From the NCBI GenBank assembly GCA_043228905.1, contig JBHGNT010000021.1, positions 5,642,001 through 5,706,000 on the forward strand: a stretch of 64,000 bases of DNA. Direction: 5' to 3'. The DNA comes from Azolla caroliniana (taxonomy: Eukaryota; Plantae; Polypodiophyta). A program made the position numbers and the translations under genes. Below are positions 59,386 to 64,000 of this stretch, piece after piece; the stretch's first letter is position 1; the number at the start of each line of letters is the position of its first letter. The notes under the pieces were generated by a model, which searched no databases, had not been told where the DNA came from, and worked only from the letters and a program-made list of their open reading frames with translations.

Positions 59386-61189
59386 TTGGAGCTTTTGTGT
59401 AGCCGTGTTGGAAACGGAAGTACACAACCCCCCCCCACCCCCAAAAAAAAAGGAGAAGAGAGAAAGAGACGCATTCCAATCTTATCACTAATGGCACCTT
59501 CAAACATCTCCACTGTCGAACACATTGCACCAACAGGCCCCTCGATCGATAACGGAAAAAACATCTTTGATAGCGGGGGTCTTGTTGAGATTATTTTCAA
59601 CAACGAAGAGATGCTTCTACTTGAGAAAGAGATAGAGCGCCTTGAGCGAATTGCGGTCATATGCCGAGTGATGGGATCACAACCAAACAGAGGGTTGTTG
59701 TGAGATATGTTGCAAGCTCAATTTCATTCACAACTCCGTGGTATAAAAGAAGTCCAACCGCTTGGTAAAGGCTTCTATCAAATCATACTAGAAGACAAGG
59801 AGTCTGCAACGAACCTCATAGCACTTTCCCCTTGCCAGGTCCGAAATACATGGTTGTTCATGCGTAAATGGACACATGGTTTTAACCTAGAGAAAGCCGC
59901 ACAACAGGATGACTCCATGAAAAAGGTAACAATGTTGTTTCCTGGACTATCCTTAGAATACAACATGTTACTTCCTACTATTGGCAACTCCTTTGGGATG
60001 ATGTTGGATGAGGAACTAACGCTAGCAGATAGACTAAAGAAGCACCTAGGCCTTCCCTCTATCCGCCTCTTGGTGCAGGACATCAATAAACTTCCCTCCA
60101 AGATCCTCATTCCCGGGAAAAACGGAATGCGAATTGAACAACGCATAGAAGTGATTAGCGCACCGGGGCAATGTTTTGCATGCAAAAAACTTGGTCATTT
60201 AAAAAAGAATTGTCCCACAAGACGTATATTAAAGATCCTACAAAGGAAACTCTGGAAGGTTAGGATACCATAAGACATCAAAAGCCTCCCCCACCACGAC
60301 CCGACAAGGCTGTGATGGAATGGTGAGTGGTGGAAAAAACCCATGTCCTTCGAAAAACATCACCGGGACAAAATCCTCCATCGCCTATGAGCCCCAATCG
60401 CTTTGATCTACTACAAGAGTTCCCCCCCACAGATGAGCATTCCCCTAGTTCTTTCGTAAGCCCCAAGGAACGACCTAAGGTGACAAAACAAGGAAACGCA
60501 GACGAATAAGTCATGTAAAGACCCTAATAAGGAGCTTGAGTAGAACCACACCCAATGCAGAAGCAACAACCCAAGGCAGAAGTGTGAATGTCACACCTCA
60601 AATCATAGTCTTCCCGGACACAAATGAGTGTGCTTCCTCTAGCCAAGACCTTGAACCACACCCACAAAACGCCTTGAAATGGCTAGGTATAGGGCTCAAG
60701 GCAGTGGAAAAAATAAGGGTACATGTATCAGCGGTGCACAATAACGGAGTTCCGACGACCTCAATCTCCTTTCCACTCTTGCTTCTGACTCAGGAAGATT
60801 GGTCGAAATCCAAGATTAAAGATATGTTATGTAGCCAAGCAACGTGCTTTGTAGCACAAATAAGAGATGAAGGGCTCATGAATGAACTAAAGCAACATTG
60901 GCATAACACTGAATTTTGGTGCACCATGGATGAAGAGGACCCCCATCTTTGCCACATCCACCTGCGGACTATCATAAACACCCAACTAACTCCAAGCTTT
61001 GTCTATTTCTATGAGAAGCATGAAGGGGCAATTGAAGCCCACAAGATAGCCCACAAACTCCACTCATGGATGTGGACCACTATTCCATCCCTGGAAATGA
61101 CTGGATGTCTAAATGGTGAGTGCTCCCCACTCACGACCTGTTGTACAAAGCACCATGCACAACTGGCAACCTCCCACCCCATTCCATGA
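59386..61189 (+). pseudogene. L1 ORF1 region (broken by stop at 59701 and later stops/frameshifts)
   Basis: KEVQPLGKGFY, WLFMRKWTHGF, CCHC knuckle, SPNRFDLL. Confidence 0.8.
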
Positions 61190-63279
61190 GTATGAAGATT
61201 ATAACATGGAACGTGCAAGGACTCAGAAGTAGACTAGACCAGCAAAATAGATGGAAACTGAGAAGGGATCTTGAAGAACATTTACTTGGGAGTGGTGTTG
61301 ATATCATCATGTTGCAGGAACACCACCTCGATAGCACACAGTTAAAGGAAGTTGGAGACCTTCTACCAGGATCATGGCGAACGATTTGGGAGCCAGCAAT
61401 TGGGGAGGATGGAAATCATGGTGGTATTTGCACTTTGATTCGGGAACATCTAGCCCAAGGCTTAATACACCAAGAATCACTTATACCTGGTAGGGCTCAT
61501 TTTTGCACGCTGACCATCCAAGGGCAACGATGGAACTTCATGAATGTTTATGCTCCAAATAACAAAACAGAAAGAGCAACATTCTGGGACCGCATCCGCC
61601 TACAAGTAGTGGGTGCGGAAGAGTGGTGCATTGGAGGGGATTTTAATATGATCGAATCCATTCATGATAGCTCCAACAACAACCCCATAGTTCTACAAGG
61701 AAGGGAACGCAAACAATGGGAGAAGCTATGTGTCCACCTTAACCTGCGAGACATCTGGCATTCTGCCAACTTCCAACGGAAAAGGGACTCTCTCCTATTC
61801 TCCCGATCAGACGAGCGGAATAGTGGACCCACTCTATCTTGCATTGACCGCATTTATGTGGGGGAGGCTTTAGAAGCGAAGGGAGGGTGGTGTCACATAA
61901 GTCCAGGCACAACTTTCTCTGACCATTACCCGGTAGCTGGTCATTTTCAATTGCACCGAAAATGGGGCCCATTCCAGACTCGCATCCCACACACTATTTA
62001 CACACTTATAGACGTGAAGGACCAACTATCCAACCAATGGTCATTACCCGTCAATGGCTCATCAGCATCGGACAAAAGTTTAGCTAAATTAACAAGAGCC
62101 TCTACTCTCCTACATGAGATTGTCAAGACCAGACGCAAGGATGCTCAGGAGAAGCGACAGAGGACAAAACGGGGACTAATAGCCTTACAACGACTCCAAC
62201 AGAGATACCCATCCTGTAGTTGGATCGCAGGACAAGTCGCCACGGCCAAACATGAACTTAGCATGGCAGAAAAGGCAATATATGACATGGAGTTTCATGG
62301 CAGCATGGCGCGATGGATTCGAGTAGGGAACAAAACCACAAAGGAATTCTTCCGCTCCAAAGGCCCGAGGCACGCTAGAACTGTGATGCGCAGCCTCAAC
62401 CGGGAGGATGGAACAACCACTGAGGATGGCGACGAAATGAGGAATATTGCCACAAGGTATTATAGCCGCCTACTTACCGAACACATGATAGCTACAGGGG
62501 AAGACATAAGCGATGATATTATCCTCCAAAGCATACCCGAGAAAGTCACACCGGAAATGAATACCTGGCTTGTGCGTCCCCTATCAATCATTGAGATATG
62601 GGAGGCCCTCACTGATTTAGATGCCGAGAGTTGCCCCGGAATTGACGGTCTCACCCCGCACTTTTTCACATGCCTTTGGGGCACTATTAAAGAAGACCTC
62701 CTCCAGGCATATGAGGAGATCATCACCTCTGGAAGCATGCCGGAGGAATTTGGACAGGGGATGATACATCTCATTCCTAAAAGTGGTGGGAATGCCAACG
62801 ACATTCACAAGTGGCGGCCCATTACTCTTCTCAATACTGTCTATAAGTTGCTCGCAAAAATCGTGGCACACTGTTTAACTCCACTTCTCCCTCAACTCAT
62901 TCATCCGTCACAGATAGGTTTCGTTACAAATCGGAGCATCCTAGACAACCTCTTCTCATTTTGGGAAGCAGTAGCCCTTGCCAAGCAGACCAACAAGAAG
63001 GTAGCGGTGGTGCTACTAGAGAAAGCCTATGACAAGGTATGCTGGAACTTTCTAGAAAGTGTGATGAGGAAACTCGGCTTTCAAGAGACATGGATCAAAG
63101 GCATTGCAGGATTTTATAGGAATGGCAGCAGTTGCGTTTCGCTGGCAGGTGAAAGGGGCCCCTTTTTCCGAATATCCCGCTCTGTACGGCAGGGATGCCC
63201 ACTAGCTCAATCCTTATTTCTATTATACGCCAAAGCACTCTCTTGCTTTCTCAACTCGCGGCATCTCAACCTACGTGGT
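61186..63279 (+). pseudogene. L1 ORF2 (APE endonuclease plus N-terminal RT), truncated before YADD
   Basis: ITWNVQGL, LQEHH, NVYAPN, GGDFN, IDRIY, SDHYP, PGIDG, WRPITLLNTVYK, SVRQGCPLA; LLEKAYD lacks the usual DF. Confidence 0.92.
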
Positions 63280-64000
63280 TGTGAAAGTGTTTTTAGAATT
63301 CAAGGTATTGAAGTCTACAAGAATATAAGGTATGGTGCGTTCACATCCGGAGGGCAAGATCACGAGCTAAGGTCTTGAGGATAAGTCAAACAAAAAGCAA
63401 GTCACGTGGAGAAAAGTAAAAGAAGAAAAAAGCGGGCACCAAAATGCAGTCTACAACGAACGCTCATAACTCATTCGTTTGGAAGCCAAATATCACGTGT
63501 AAATATGGGTTAGAAAGCTTATGACGAGAGTTATCCGTAGCTTTTTAAAACTCTAAATTTGGAGCATGGATGAGGGAGATATGACGATTAGAAGATCGTT
63601 GTGTCATAACTATGAATAGGAGATGGAAAAGCTCTAAAAAAAGCGTGGAAAAGAAAGCAAGCGAAACTTATCTACTAGAGGAGAACTTCATATAAAGCAA
63701 GAAGAGTGAGGTGGTAAAAAAGAGCCTTTTTCTGGTGGGGTTTTTCTTGCCTATTCATGTAGTGCGTTTTTCTAGTGATCAATTCATCCTTGTAGGCTTG
63801 AGTTTATGTATCTTCTTTCTCTTGTTTCTATGATCATCACTCCTTATTAATATATCTTTGTAGATTTGGGTTTCTATATCTTCCTTCTCTCTCTTTTCTA
63901 TCATCATCTCTCTTTTCATTTTTGGCGCTCCAGGGAGGGTTGATCCTTTCTGTATAACGGGAGGAACGGTTGTCCACTAATTGATGGTTGGATCTACCGA
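63280..64000 (+). mobile_element. Probable LTR of a retrotransposon inserted into L1 ORF2; runs off the window
   Basis: Abrupt loss of L1 homology at TGTGAAAG; LTR-like composition with CATATAAAG near 63690. Confidence 0.6.

Larger units (their letters stand above)
59371..63279 (+). mobile_element. L1-clade LINE retaining ORF1 and ORF2, interrupted in RT by an LTR-like insertion
   Basis: ORF1 with DUF4283-like region and CFACKKLGHLKKNC; ORF2 with APE and RT motifs. Confidence 0.93.

Noticed and set aside
61120-63378. 752-aa ORF as an intact active RT gene
   Set aside because: RT lacks the Asp of the DFEKAYD motif and YADD; the last 30 or so residues are read-through into the inserted sequence

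Overview
AT-rich, repeat-dense plant nuclear DNA. It is probably from a non-seed plant such as a fern, inferred from Tcn1-type chromovirus remnants, RTEX-like LINEs and abundant (GA)n/(CA)n. Two host genes are supported. The first is a six-exon TOM2A-type tetraspanin-like gene (CDS 9841-16634, +, about 304 aa, ending in the CaaX motif CTIM); it contains a GT-AG U12-type intron and TE-filled introns. The second is an intronless 656-aa gene (29853-31823, +) of the At3g50340/At5g67020-like family with an SMI1/KNR4-like domain. The rest is nested, mostly dead TEs: Ty1/copia copies, Tcn1 gypsy remnants, solo LTRs with TSDs, L1 and RTEX-like LINEs, hAT MITEs and a 1.7-kb foldback element. Most notable observations: (1) a non-autonomous LTR element (1-1753, -) with a Tf1-type self-priming signature and an internal tandem array; (2) tRNA-like Pol III A/B-box cassettes inside LTRs of several gypsy-type families; (3) a tandem trimer of a tRNA-like unit spaced by (AC)n; (4) an ATGA stop-start overlap in an L1; (5) the U12 intron. 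Everything was read by eye. Family names rest on remembered motifs, not database searches, and coordinates of degraded elements are approximate.
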